A stretch of 64,000 nucleotides of DNA from a candidate division WS6 bacterium OLB20 (GTDB lineage: Bacteria; Patescibacteriota; Dojkabacteria; B142; OLB20). The DNA is taken from assembly GCA_001567355.1 (NCBI GenBank), contig JYNZ01000003.1, positions 678,762 through 742,761 of the forward strand, read 5' to 3'. The position numbers and the translations under genes are program-made. Shown here piece by piece: positions 49,615 through 60,520 of this stretch. The notes below the pieces were generated by a model. The model was not told the origin of the DNA. It did no database searches and saw only the letters and a list, made by a program, of their open reading frames with translations. Within the stretch, counting starts at the first letter, position 1, and each line of letters begins with the position of its first letter.

Positions 49615-51426
49615 TCAGGGTGGATCGCTGGTACTGCAGGATGCATTAATATCATAGATCCTGTAATAATCCGAGCTGTCCGAAAACAGTTTTACAAAGT
49701 TATCTTCAAAATAGCGCAGATCCACGGGTGTCTCGAGATATGTGTCAGGAAACTTAGTCACGATGATGTAACTCAGACTGTAGTGCTGTGCGATCTGGCA
49801 CACAAACTCCTTCGGCTGTGTGCCCCTGGTTATCTGGCGCATCAGCTCAAGTCTGCCGAGTGTGTCGTACCCGAGCGACCAGTTGATGTACTGCGGACCA
49901 AAAAATAACTTGCGTCCGGTCGACATGACAGGGTTGAAGTCCGCTGTGACATTCATAAACCGGGCATCTCTTGGCGTATTGTCTTTGATCCAGACAGCTG
50001 TGTCGCTGGCTTCGATGTCAGCAAGCATATGCCTGTTGGCATTAACAACCGGCCAGAGATCAAAAAATCCTCCGAGCGTGACACAGACAAGCAGCACAAT
50101 AAATGCCGGTGCTCTTTTGAGGGTCAGCAGTCTTACGAGGAAGACTGCAGCATAGACTGACCAGACGACAATCACGTAATTGATAAATTTATGGTTCGTG
50201 GACGGATCACGGGCAAAGATAAACAGATTGGCTATGATGAACATGATAACGGCACTGACAAACGGTACCCGCTCAAGCACAAGTATCTGTCGTAACAGAT
50301 CAATAAGTCTTGCCCGCATGGTTTTGCCCGCAGGCCTATGAAAACGCCTGATCAGTATAAATCCTGCAAATGCCAGCAGTGGCAGGATACCGATATTCAG
50401 AATCCAGTAAACCAGCCAGCGTGCAAAATCGCCCTGTACAAAGGGAAATTCCACCCATTCAGTTCCGTAGTAGATAAATCCGGGTTGCAGTTTAAACGCT
50501 GACCCTCCTGAGATCGCCGAGCTGGAAATAAATGTTATTGCAGTCAGTGATACGGCTACAGCGGTACAGACAAAAAATGTCAGCTGCGCCCAGTTCTTCT
50601 TATGAAGAATATGCTCAATGATATTAATTCCAAGCAGAACAAACAGAACCATTAAAACAGCCTGATTGATCCACGACAGCATCAGGGTGAGAACAATGGC
50701 AACTGCCTTATTGGTCCGGGAATGCTTCAGATTCATGAACAGAAACACAAGACCCAGAAGCAGAAAAGAGAATGCGAGATGCCGCTGATGCAGAAACACG
50801 TTCAGGCTCCAGAATGCGCTGATGACATGGTTATCATAGGGACCGAACGAGCCGAAATTCTGATTTGTAACTATGTCCTGCACTGTTTTCAGTCCAAGAT
50901 GATCGGGATGCAGGTAGTAGTACCATGACCAGGATGGGTTAAACAGTATCAGCAGCACAGCGGTCACTCCTGCAGCGATACGTCTGCCAAGCCTGAGTGC
51001 TGCAAAATACGCGAGCAGCAGCATTCCTGCAAAACCGATGATACTGAGCAGGTTGATCGCAATATCAATGCGGATACCTGTCATCTCAAGCAGGGCAGCA
51101 AGAAAGTAAAATCCGAAGTGGTAACGGATCAGTTCGCCGGTAAATGTGGGCGATTCAAGCGACCAGTTGTACCCCTCTGAAAACGAGCGAATCAGCGGGT
51201 AGTGACCGGTAAAATCGCTCCATATGGTCTGGCTGAGGATGATATGGTTGTCGCTGTAACTCATCGTCGTGAGCATCAGATATGCTGCCGGCAGCACGCA
51301 GACAAGCACACCGGTAAAGACGGCGCGATAGCGGCGGACAAGTTTCAGGCTAGAGCGTAACCAGTCAATCATGTACAATACTGCTAGGTTCAAATTCACC
51401 CTATCAAAAACGCATGAAACTTTCAC
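49615..51426 (-). CDS. large polytopic membrane protein with C-terminal extracytoplasmic domain (GT-C-like glycosyltransferase candidate)
   Basis: ~12 TM helices followed by a ~150-aa soluble domain. Confidence 0.4.
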   Translation of the reverse strand: MKVSCVFDRVNLNLAVLYMIDWLRSSLKLVRRYRAVFTGVLVCVLPAAYLMLTTMSYSDNHIILSQTIWSDFTGHYPLIRSFSEGYNWSLESPTFTGELIRYHFGFYFLAALLEMTGIRIDIAINLLSIIGFAGMLLLAYFAALRLGRRIAAGVTAVLLILFNPSWSWYYYLHPDHLGLKTVQDIVTNQNFGSFGPYDNHVISAFWSLNVFLHQRHLAFSFLLLGLVFLFMNLKHSRTNKAVAIVLTLMLSWINQAVLMVLFVLLGINIIEHILHKKNWAQLTFFVCTAVAVSLTAITFISSSAISGGSAFKLQPGFIYYGTEWVEFPFVQGDFARWLVYWILNIGILPLLAFAGFILIRRFHRPAGKTMRARLIDLLRQILVLERVPFVSAVIMFIIANLFIFARDPSTNHKFINYVIVVWSVYAAVFLVRLLTLKRAPAFIVLLVCVTLGGFFDLWPVVNANRHMLADIEASDTAVWIKDNTPRDARFMNVTADFNPVMSTGRKLFFGPQYINWSLGYDTLGRLELMRQITRGTQPKEFVCQIAQHYSLSYIIVTKFPDTYLETPVDLRYFEDNFVKLFSDSSDYYRIYDINASCSTSDPP

Positions 51427-52136
51427 GCAACGCCACGCTGAAAATCCACTACCTGCTGGACCAGTTCTGCCCGCCGGTTGTGCGTGACTCAGGTGCGTTT
51501 ATCGCGCTGCCGTTCAGAATGCTCTTTGGCAGCAGATCGCGGTACTTCAAAGAATTCAAGGAAAAAAATCCCCGGTACAGCGCAGAGGATTACCGTGAGG
51601 TCTACCGGGCGGTAGATGAAGTGCTGATCCAACGCCCCACAGATCTGAACACAGAGTGTATAGAGGCAATCACATCGAGCCTCGCGGGAGAGTCGGTACT
51701 TGATGTCGGTTGCGGAAGGGGACTGCTTGCCGGTGTTATCAGTAACACCCACCAGGTTACCGGTCTTGATATGCTTATTTCGGACGAGATACGTTCGCTG
51801 TATCCTGCAGTAACCTTTGTCGAGGGGTTTATTGAGGACCTGCCGTTTGAAGATAATGCATTTGATACCGTCGTGTGCACGCATACGCTCGAGCATGTCC
51901 AGAATCTGTTTCTGGCTATATCAGAGCTTAGACGGGTGGCGGCGCAACGTCTGATCATTGTTGTCCCCAGACAGCGTCCCTACCGCTATACGTTTGATCT
52001 GCATCTGCATTTCTTCCCCTACGAACACTCCCTGCTCAATCTGATCGGGCCTGGATACGACAACAGCTGCATTACGGTAGGTGGTGATCTGTTTTATACC
52101 GAAAACGTTACTGCTCAGGCTCAGGCGAAGGAGTAA
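51414..52136 (+). CDS. class I SAM-dependent methyltransferase
   Basis: Motif I VLDVGCGRGLLAG, and post-I acidic residue. FDTVVCTHTLEHV. Confidence 0.75.
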   Translation: MKLSRNATLKIHYLLDQFCPPVVRDSGAFIALPFRMLFGSRSRYFKEFKEKNPRYSAEDYREVYRAVDEVLIQRPTDLNTECIEAITSSLAGESVLDVGCGRGLLAGVISNTHQVTGLDMLISDEIRSLYPAVTFVEGFIEDLPFEDNAFDTVVCTHTLEHVQNLFLAISELRRVAAQRLIIVVPRQRPYRYTFDLHLHFFPYEHSLLNLIGPGYDNSCITVGGDLFYTENVTAQAQAKE

Positions 52137-53685
52137 TATCCAGTACCGTATTAATCTCTTCCAGTGTTACATTCCCGCCAGCTCTGATCCTGGCTATAAA
52201 ACGTTCAAAAGCCCGGGCGCGTTCCTCTTCACCCTCGGTCAGACTGAACAGGCGCTGCATCTTATCATGCGAGTAGATAAAATTCGGGTCTTTTGTGAGT
52301 GACAGGTAAAACTGGTCAAAGGCCTCCTGATAACGCCCCTGCATAGCATACAGATTCCCCAGATTGTGCCTCGTCTGCGGATAGTCATCTCTTAATTCGA
52401 TTGCGCGTTCGTACGCTTCGATCGCTTTGTCGTGCTGTCCGGTTCTGGAATAAATGTTGGCAAGATTGTTCCAGATCCGCGCCGAGTCTGTGGTGTAACC
52501 AAGCTCATTACGGTAAAACTCTGCAGGATCTCCCCACTGTGCGGCCCGCACATATGTCCTCAGACCGAGAAGAGCGAGCAGCAGAATAAAAAGGATCATG
52601 ACCCATTCCTTTGCATGGAGCCGGTCAAGTACCAGTGCAGCCAGAATGGCCAGGCCTGTCATCGGTACGTACAGCCAGTGCTCGAGGTAGTAGGCATTAA
52701 GCGGGACAATTCCCGTGTACGGAAGCATCGGTATCACAATAAAGGCAATCGCTGTCAGCAGCTTTCTGTTGCCTGCTCTGGCAGCTGCAGTAGCCGCTAT
52801 GCCTGTGAGTGCAATCGCAAGCAGTCCGAACATTCCTCTGACTGATTCAAGCGAGTATGCGGTGTTGAGAGGCTTCTCGTAGTAGAGATCACGAGGGAAA
52901 ATAACCAGTACAAAGTAGTCCCAGACAGAACTGATAAATGTGGTAATGCGCACCAGCATGTTTGTGGAATATGCCGATTCCTCCTGAGCAAGTCCAAATG
53001 TTCCGGCAAAGTTGAAAACGGTAAACTTCAGCACAAGGTAGCTGATGCTCAGCAGTATTGTGGCGGCAACTGCAGCCATACGCATGCGGAACTCACTGTC
53101 ATCACGGTCGCGCCAGTAGATTGCTGCCAGGACAAAAACAAGCGGTCCGGCAATGATAAAGCTCTCCTTGGCCAGCATTGCGAGCAGAAACAGAAGCAAT
53201 GCGCCACCATAGCGAAGCAGGGGACGATGATGCGCAAAACGCTGATGGAAGAGTACCAGAATACCCGAAAGCAGCAGAAACAGTCCAAGCGGATCAGCAA
53301 GTCCCGAGATATATGCGACCGCCTGTACCTGAACCGGATGCACCAGAAACAGAAGCGCTCCGGCAAGTGACGCTTCGCGGCGGATACCGGTGTTTCTTAT
53401 CAGTGCATAGACGAGAACACTGTTCATTCCGTGCAGTACTATCGGGACAAGATGGTACGGCAGTGTGCTTGTCAGCTGAAACATACTGAATATGATTGTG
53501 TAGATGACCATCTGCAGGGGACGGAAGAAGTTGCCGTCGTTAATAAAAGCTCCGGAATCGATACTGCTGGAGAAAAACTGCGGAATGTTACCAAGAGACC
53601 GAATCAGTTCGTTGCGCTCGATGAGCAGCTCATCGTCAAAGATAAACGCTCCACCAAGAACACCGCTGTAGACCAGAAACCCCAC
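52108..53685 (-). CDS. TMTC-like GT-C glycosyltransferase (polytopic membrane domain with N-terminal FIFDDE motif) + C-terminal TPR repeats
   Basis: GGAFIFDDELLI near the N-terminus, ~11 TM helices. C-terminal TPRs (WNNLANIYSRTGQHDKAIEAYERAIEL…HNLGNLYAMQGRYQEA). Confidence 0.55.
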   Translation of the reverse strand: MGFLVYSGVLGGAFIFDDELLIERNELIRSLGNIPQFFSSSIDSGAFINDGNFFRPLQMVIYTIIFSMFQLTSTLPYHLVPIVLHGMNSVLVYALIRNTGIRREASLAGALLFLVHPVQVQAVAYISGLADPLGLFLLLSGILVLFHQRFAHHRPLLRYGGALLLFLLAMLAKESFIIAGPLVFVLAAIYWRDRDDSEFRMRMAAVAATILLSISYLVLKFTVFNFAGTFGLAQEESAYSTNMLVRITTFISSVWDYFVLVIFPRDLYYEKPLNTAYSLESVRGMFGLLAIALTGIAATAAARAGNRKLLTAIAFIVIPMLPYTGIVPLNAYYLEHWLYVPMTGLAILAALVLDRLHAKEWVMILFILLLALLGLRTYVRAAQWGDPAEFYRNELGYTTDSARIWNNLANIYSRTGQHDKAIEAYERAIELRDDYPQTRHNLGNLYAMQGRYQEAFDQFYLSLTKDPNFIYSHDKMQRLFSLTEGEEERARAFERFIARIRAGGNVTLEEINTVLDITPSPEPEQ

Positions 53686-53905
53686 TGCAAGTAAGATTGC
53701 GACAACTCTGCCTGGAGTCAGCCAGGAATCGGCACCGGGTTTGTTTTTTCTGTTCTTCTTTTTTTGATGACATAGTTCATACTAGTCCAATAGCGGCAAC
53801 CGGGCAACAAAGAAAGTCTACCGAAATTAAAGCGAAACTATACGAATCTATCCCCTTTGAACAGGCAATTTTGTTATATTAATTGCAAGAAAACAAGCAT
53901 CGATT

Positions 53906-53926
53906 TATACTCTGCGCAAGAGTATA
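53906..53926. promoter_or_regulatory. perfect 8-bp inverted repeat TATACTCT-gcgca-AGAGTATA in divergent promoter region
   Basis: Palindrome seen in the 324-nt AT-rich intergenic region between the TMTC-like gene (-) and PBP1A (+). Confidence 0.35.
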
Positions 53927-54010
53927 TTCCCTTATAGACCTGCGAACAGACTCAGACTTGTATCGCTATTATAGCGTCAGGATCGTTTTGTCCGAATTGC
54001 CCGCCAGAAT

Positions 54011-56193
54011 ATGTACCAGACCAGAATAAGCCTAAAAAAACGACGTATCAGCAGCGGATCAGGCAGATCAGTCAGATCGGGCCGTGCTCTGCGCGTCCGG
54101 CGCAGAATGCGCAGACGTGAAGTCAGAAACAGTGTTTTTGCCGGTTTCAGCGTGACTGCGGTTGCCGGCTTTTGCATGTCGCTTGTGGCTGGTCTGTTTC
54201 TGCTGTCGTTTCTTCAGGTCGTGTCCCAGGATCTGCCCACGCCCGAAAAACCTTTTGGAAAAAAAGCTACAACAAGCGAAATCTACGACCGAAACGGCAA
54301 TATCCTGTATCGGGTTTTTGACGATGAGGACAGAGATCCTGTCCGGTTAAACGAGGTCCCGCCGCTCGTCAAGTGGGCATTCATTGCGGCCGAAGATGCG
54401 ACATTTTATGAGCATCACGGCATAGACCCCGCAGCAATGGCTCGCTGTGCGCTCAGGATGCTGGATGGAGACGACAACATCTGCGGTGGTTCAACCATTA
54501 CGCAGCAGCTGATCAAAAAGACTGCACTGACAGACGAGGTAAATATGGAGCGTAAGCTGAAAGAGATCATCCTGGCGCTTAAGATCGAGCAGGACCGTTC
54601 AAAAGATGAGATTCTCGAGATGTATCTGACAGTTGTGCCCGAAGGCAGCAATATTTATGGCATAACCCGGGGATCTCAATTTTACTTCGGCAAGGATCTG
54701 GACGAGCTGTCACTTGCCGAGATCTCAATCCTTGCTTCAATCCCGCAGAATCCAAGCAGGCTGTCCCCGACAAAATCACTTGTTCCGGAGAAAGCGCAGG
54801 CCCTGCTGCGTGAGAGGCAGCTCTACGTTCTTGATCAGATCGAAAAAAACATGGATCGCATCAACAGTGCCGCCTACCAGGATACTGGTTCTGATAAGCC
54901 GCTGGTGACTGCGGAGATGATCGAAGAGGCGAGAGGTGAAAAACTGGTCTTTAAACAGCCGCGCTTTGAGATCAATGCACCACATTTTGTCTTTTACGCT
55001 CAGCAGCTGCTGCAGGAGCGCGGATACAATAATGGCAAGCCCTTTGATCTGTCGGAGATTGAGACAGAAGGTCTGCGGATCTACACCACACTTGATATGG
55101 AGCATCAGCGTGTGGCTGAGGATCAGGTGCGTAAAGCCGTCGACAGATACGGCACACGCTATGGAGCAGATAACGCCGCAATGGTATCACTGGATCCGGA
55201 CACCGGAGAAGTGCTTGCCTATGTCGGATCATACAACTACTTCGGTGAGGCAAAGCCGGCCGGGTGCCGTCTGGGGCAGACATGCACCTTTGAGCCACAG
55301 GTCAGTGTTCCGGGCACCCTGCAGTCATACGGATCTACTCTGAAACCGATAATCTACTATAAAGCATTTATGGACGGGCTGATTGAGGCCGACAGCGTCA
55401 TTCCCGATGTGCCCATCCAGATCGGCTCCTATAAACCCAAAATTACGAGGGCAGGTTTTACGGACTCAAAAGCGCCCGCTGGATGCTGATCAACTCGCGC
55501 AACATTCCGGCAATAATGCTGACTGACCAGATCGGAACACAAAATGTTGTTGCAGAACTGCAGAAATGGGGTTACACAACATTTGATGATCCAAACCGCT
55601 TTGGGCCTGCAATCTCGGTTGGCGGCGGTGACGTGAGGCTGATCGAACATGCTCAGGCGTATGCTGTGTTTGCCAGCGGCGGGATGTACAATCGGCATGA
55701 GGTTATCAGCAGAATTGAAGATGTTGATGGCAATGTGTTGTACGAATACAAGCCCCAGCCACAGCAGATAGCAGACCCTCGCGGGATCTACCTGGTTAAC
55801 GATATTCTTAACGGCAAAAAGGGTGGTGTCGGATATAGCTTTGACGGACGCGATATTGCCGGAAAAACCGGAACATCAGAGAAACAGACCGAAACACTCT
55901 TTGTGACGTATACACCTGAAATCGTTGCAATCGGATGGCTCGGCAATAATACAAACAAGGGTATGGTCTATGGTGCAACAGGCTATACGTCTGCCAGGCC
56001 ATGGGTCTCGGAGTACGTCCAGCGCATGGGAGACAAAATTCCTGCCACCGCATTTAAACGTCCTGAAGGTGTCTACTATAACAGTAAGGGCCACCTTGCA
56101 ATCCGGGGCATCGCAGCACCGCTAAAAGTGAGCGTCCCCCGTCAGTACCGGCCGGGCGATGTCTTAAGTCTCGACAGCCACTACGCACGCTGA
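54011..56193 (+). CDS. class A penicillin-binding protein (transglycosylase + transpeptidase; PBP1A-type), split by a 1-nt frameshift at 55436-55442 (CCCAAAA)
   Basis: GT51 motifs (AAEDATFYEHHGID, GGSTITQQL). Transpeptidase SxxK (GSTLKP), SxN (reads ...PQNYEGRFYGLKSARWMLINSRNIPAI across the shift), KTG (IAGKTGTSE). Confidence 0.85.
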
Positions 56194-56250
56194 TCGTGTT
56201 GCCTCACAACTCCTGATGCTATATGCTTAAGCTGTAAACTGTATCATCCG

Positions 56251-58817
56251 ATGCCTCTGATCCTGATCGTTTGTTCGACAATCCTTATTCTAGGTGCTGC
56301 CGCTGTCTTAGCCGGCAGATACTTTTATCTTCGCAGCAGTATTAACGAGGAGCTGCTTGAGCAGGTAGTGCTTCTGATCTCGGTACCGACAAAAAACGAC
56401 AAGACTCCTCTGGCTGCTGAACAGCTGTTTCAGTCGCTGCACGGTATCCTCCGCGAATCTGGCAAGGCATCAAGTCAGTACTCGTTTGAAATTATTGCCA
56501 CTCAGTCGGGCATCTTTTTTATTGCAGTGTGCCCGAGGCGTTACCGCGAGTTTTTAGAAAATCAGATTTACTCGCAGTATCCCCAGGCCCAGATCAGGCA
56601 GATTCAGGATTATGCCGCTGCACAAAAACATACAAGCATGCCATACGCCGCATCAGAGCTTGGACTTGGCCGGGAGTTCTATCTGCCGATCAAAACATTT
56701 ACAAACTTCACCGTTGATCCTCTTGCATCAATTACCGGTGCTGTTTCAAAACTCTCTCCTGGTTACGAAGCATGGATACAATTGATTGCGCGCCTATCGG
56801 TAACAGCTGGCAGGACCGCGGCAAAAAATTTGTTAACCACATGAAGGCAAGAACAGACTCGGAGGGTAAAAAAATCCAGCTCGAGTCAGGAGAAAGTGCT
56901 GAGTTGCGCGAGGTTGAAACAAAAAACTCCAAGGTCGGATTTCAGTTTGTCGTCCGGCTGATGGTACTTGGACCTGATAAATTAATTGCTCAGCAGATCC
57001 TCGAGGACATTGAGGCATCGTATAAGCAGTTTCAGACCGGTCAGTTTAATTCTCTGGTCAAAAAAAAGGAGAAAAAGGGGATGCTGCGTCCGGTCATGCG
57101 CCTATTATTCGGACGCAGACGAACAGAACGGCTTGATCTGCGGTCCAAATACAAGCTGCGGTTTCTCGATGAGAGAAGTGACGATGTGATTAATACAGAG
57201 GAGCTTGCGTCACTCTACCATCTGCCGAACGAAACAGTGGAAACCCCAAATATAGTCTGGGCGAAGTCCAGAAAACTCGAATTTCCGAAAAATCTGCCAT
57301 TTAACCAGGGCCGTATTTTTGCAAAAACTGACTACAGAAACCTTGAAGTGCCCTTTGGCATTAGGGATATGGATCGCAGACGCCACATGTATATTCTCGG
57401 AAAAACAGGCAGCGGTAAATCAACCCTGCTTAAGAACATGATTATCGCTGATATCCGTGAAGGCAAGGGACTGGCTGTAATTGATCCTCATGGAGATCTT
57501 GTGGAGGACGTCCTCAGATATACACCGCTCGAGCGCGCAAATGACATTGTCTACCTGGATCCGTCCGATATGATGTTTCCGATTGGTATCAACATGCTTG
57601 ATCTTAAGGAGTCCGAAACTATCGAGCTCCTGTCTGACGGAATTGTTTCGGTTTTTAAGCGGTATTTTGACTCCTGGGGTCCGAGGCTGCAATACATACT
57701 TACAAACACAATTCTCACGCTGCTGCATTGTCAGAACGTATCACTGCTGGCTGTCCAGCGTATTCTGGTTGACGAAAACTACCGCACGTTTCTGCTGAAA
57801 CAGGTTAAAGATCCGTTTCTTGTCCAGTTCTGGGAGAAAGAGTTTGCCGACATGGCCAAAAACCCCAGAATGCTGACCGAGGCGATTGCTCCGATCCAGA
57901 ATAAAGTAGGACGCTTTCTTAACTCGCCCATGGTCAGAAACATGGTCGGACAGGTCAAGTCCCGGGTTGACCTGGAGGATATCATGAACAGCGGTAAGGT
58001 GCTGCTGGTCAATCTATCCCAGGGTAAGATCGGTGAGGAAAACTCGTCTCTCCTTGGAGGAATGCTGGTGACCCGTCTTTACACAAACGCGATGCAGCGT
58101 GCACGTATGGCTGAGTCAGAGCGGCGCGACTTTTACGTCTATGTTGATGAGTTCCAGAACTTTGCTACTGATTCGTTTGCAAAGATCCTGTCAGAGGCAC
58201 GCAAGTACGCACTTAACCTTGTAGTGACGCACCAGTATGTTGATCAGATTTCAGAAGAGCTGCAATCTGCAATATTCGGTAATGTCGGCACCATGCTCAA
58301 TTTTGTGGTCGGTCAGGCTGATGCTGCAAGGCTTGCAAAGGAGTTTGAGCCGTATCTTGACAGCGAGGATCTGGTTAATCTGGAACGCCACGCGCTGTCG
58401 ATAAAACTTATGGTTGACGGTACGCAAAGTGTACCGTTTACAGCAAAGTCACTTGCACCGTTTCATCTGGAGCTCGGTTTTCAGGAGCAGATCAAAGAGG
58501 CATCACGTTCTAACTACGCCACTGAACGTGCTGTTATTGAGGAGAAACTCAATAAATGGTCACTGCAGCGATACAACAGTAAGGGTAACCTTATTCAGGA
58601 CGGTGGTCGCGAACAGAACGACAGACCTGCTAAAAAACAAGATGACACTAAGCAGAACGCAGGCAAGGCTTCGGAAGACGATCCCCGTAGTGAAGAAACC
58701 CCTTCCACCGGGAAGAAGCCCAGGGCAGATAAGTCGCCAGAACCGGAGAAGCCCGGACAGAACAAGAATACGAAACCCGTAAACGATGAGTCCAGCGGGA
58801 GTGCCGTTGAACCCTAG
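56251..58817 (+). CDS. membrane-anchored P-loop ATPase of the VirD4/TraD/TrwB-HerA (FtsK-HerA superfamily) type, with K/E/D/P-rich disordered C-terminal tail; N-terminal TM module and ATPase separated by a 1-nt frameshift at A6 run 56823-56828
   Basis: Walker A HMYILGKTGSGKSTLL. Walker B FYVYVDEFQNFA. C-terminal ARKYALNLVVTHQYVDQIS…GNVGTMLNFVV matches the coupling-protein/HerA arginine-finger region. Reading through the A-run gives …AAKKFVNHMKARTD…. Confidence 0.55.
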
Positions 58818-58891
58818 CGTGCGAGTTCTTTTCTGACCGGTTTTTCTGGTGTACAATACGCCTGTATCAGATTAGCTGTTAACCCGTTTCT

Positions 58892-59827
58892 ATGTCAGAC
58901 TTAAAAGTGTTTGCCCATCTTAACCCCGATACAGACTCAACGGTAGCGCCGATTGCATATGCCTGGTTTCTTAATGATTTCCTTGAGATTCCTGCTGCAG
59001 CGTTTTGTGACTGGAGATCTGAATAAAGAGACAGCATTTTGTGCTGGAGCATTTTTGGAGTAGATGTTCCGGATACTATTCTCGAGCTTGAAGAAGGTGA
59101 TGAAGTTGTCATCCTTGATACAAACAACCCTGAGGAGCTTCCGAAAGGGATCGATAAGGCAGATATCGTCGAGATCATTGATCATCATAAGCTTGTTGGT
59201 GGTCTCTCAACAGAGAGTCCGCTGTCTGTGACAATGCGTCCTCTTGGCAGTACATCAACAATAGTCTGGCAGCTGATTGACGAGTACGAAGAGGTTGAGG
59301 TTCCTGCTGACATGGCAGGACTTATGCTTGCCGGCATACTGAGTGATACGCTTAACTTCACCAGCCCGACAACTACAGAGGATGACAAGGAAGCTGCTGC
59401 TGAGCTTGCAGAAATTGCAGGAAAAGATATTAACAGTCTGGCAGACAAAATGTTCGCAGCAAAATCAGACCTTTCGGGAATGGATACTGCCGCAATCCTG
59501 ACGATGGACAGCAAGGTGTTTGATCTCGGTGGCAAGGTACGGGTCTCTGTCCTTGAGACAACTGACCCTCAAGTGGCAAAAGATATGACTGATGATCTCA
59601 AGACCGGCATGGAGAAGATGACAGCTGATGAGGGTCTTGATCATATGTTCTTCTTTATCGTTGACATACTTAACAGTGAGGCCTTTCTGCTTGCCTCGTC
59701 AGATGAGGCCCGTGCAGCTGCAGAAAAAGCCTTTGAAGGGACATTTGAAGGAGACTATTTGCGTCTGCCTGGTGTTGTATCCCGTAAGAAGCAGATGATC
59801 CCTGCACTCGAGGGCGTACTTAAGTAA
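58892..59827 (+). CDS. ppaC: manganese-dependent inorganic pyrophosphatase (family II, DHH-DHHA2), with two compensating 1-nt indels in T-runs (59003-59006 and 59052-59056)
   Basis: MSDLKVFAHLNPDTDSTVAPIAYAW… (DHH motif I). …VEIIDHHKL… (DHH). …GLMLAGILSDTLNFTSPTTT…, C-terminal DHHA2 …GVVSRKKQMIPALEGVL. A short segment (VTGDLNKETAFCAGAF) reads in another frame. Confidence 0.8.
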
Positions 59828-59948
59828 ACGTCTATTGCGCATAGCAAACCCCGCTTTGGATCCCTAACCGGATTTCTGAAGGCGGGGTTTTTTGTTATCT
59901 CAGTCTTCGATACCTGTACCGTATGTCGCGAGATGCAGTCTGACCGCA

Positions 59949-60479
59949 TCAGCCATCACAAAAAAACTCGATGTGCAGATTTGCTCTCTGGCGTATTGTT
60001 TCGCCAGGTGCGCTTCGCTCCTGCACAGGCTGAACGGTGTTGAGAATGCTGACGTTGTGTTCGGGTACGACCTTTTCAAATGTCTGCCGGTGCAGGGGTC
60101 GGTATGCCATGTTGAACAGACTCATTCCACGCTCGGCTACGCCCAGCATCTGCTTTTGCACAGGGCTCATACGATACTTCCGGTCAATCTCTCCGTCTAC
60201 TGGACTAAGGGGCATACCAATGCCGTTAAGATCCAGCGAGTGAATGGTATCAGGCAGTGTATAGTCAAATCTCCGCTGCCGCATATCGATCGTATAGCGC
60301 CCCTCTGACGGGTTACCTGTGTAGGTAACATCTGTGGTGATGAGTGTAGCCGGATTATGGTGGCTGATCATGATTGCGCCAGGTTGATCCCTTACGATTG
60401 TAAGGTTGTCGTACCTGCCTGACGAGATCGCCTGCATCAGCTCCGCCGATACTGTATTGTCATGCTCTGCTGCTGTCAT
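59949..60479 (-). CDS. hypothetical protein
   Basis: ORF, no recognised motif. May be the second half of one gene with 60521-61135. Confidence 0.3.
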   Translation of the reverse strand: MTAAEHDNTVSAELMQAISSGRYDNLTIVRDQPGAIMISHHNPATLITTDVTYTGNPSEGRYTIDMRQRRFDYTLPDTIHSLDLNGIGMPLSPVDGEIDRKYRMSPVQKQMLGVAERGMSLFNMAYRPLHRQTFEKVVPEHNVSILNTVQPVQERSAPGETIRQRANLHIEFFCDG

Positions 60480-60520
60480 GGTGGTATGGATAATCGAATG
60501 GATTATAACACCATAAAGGC

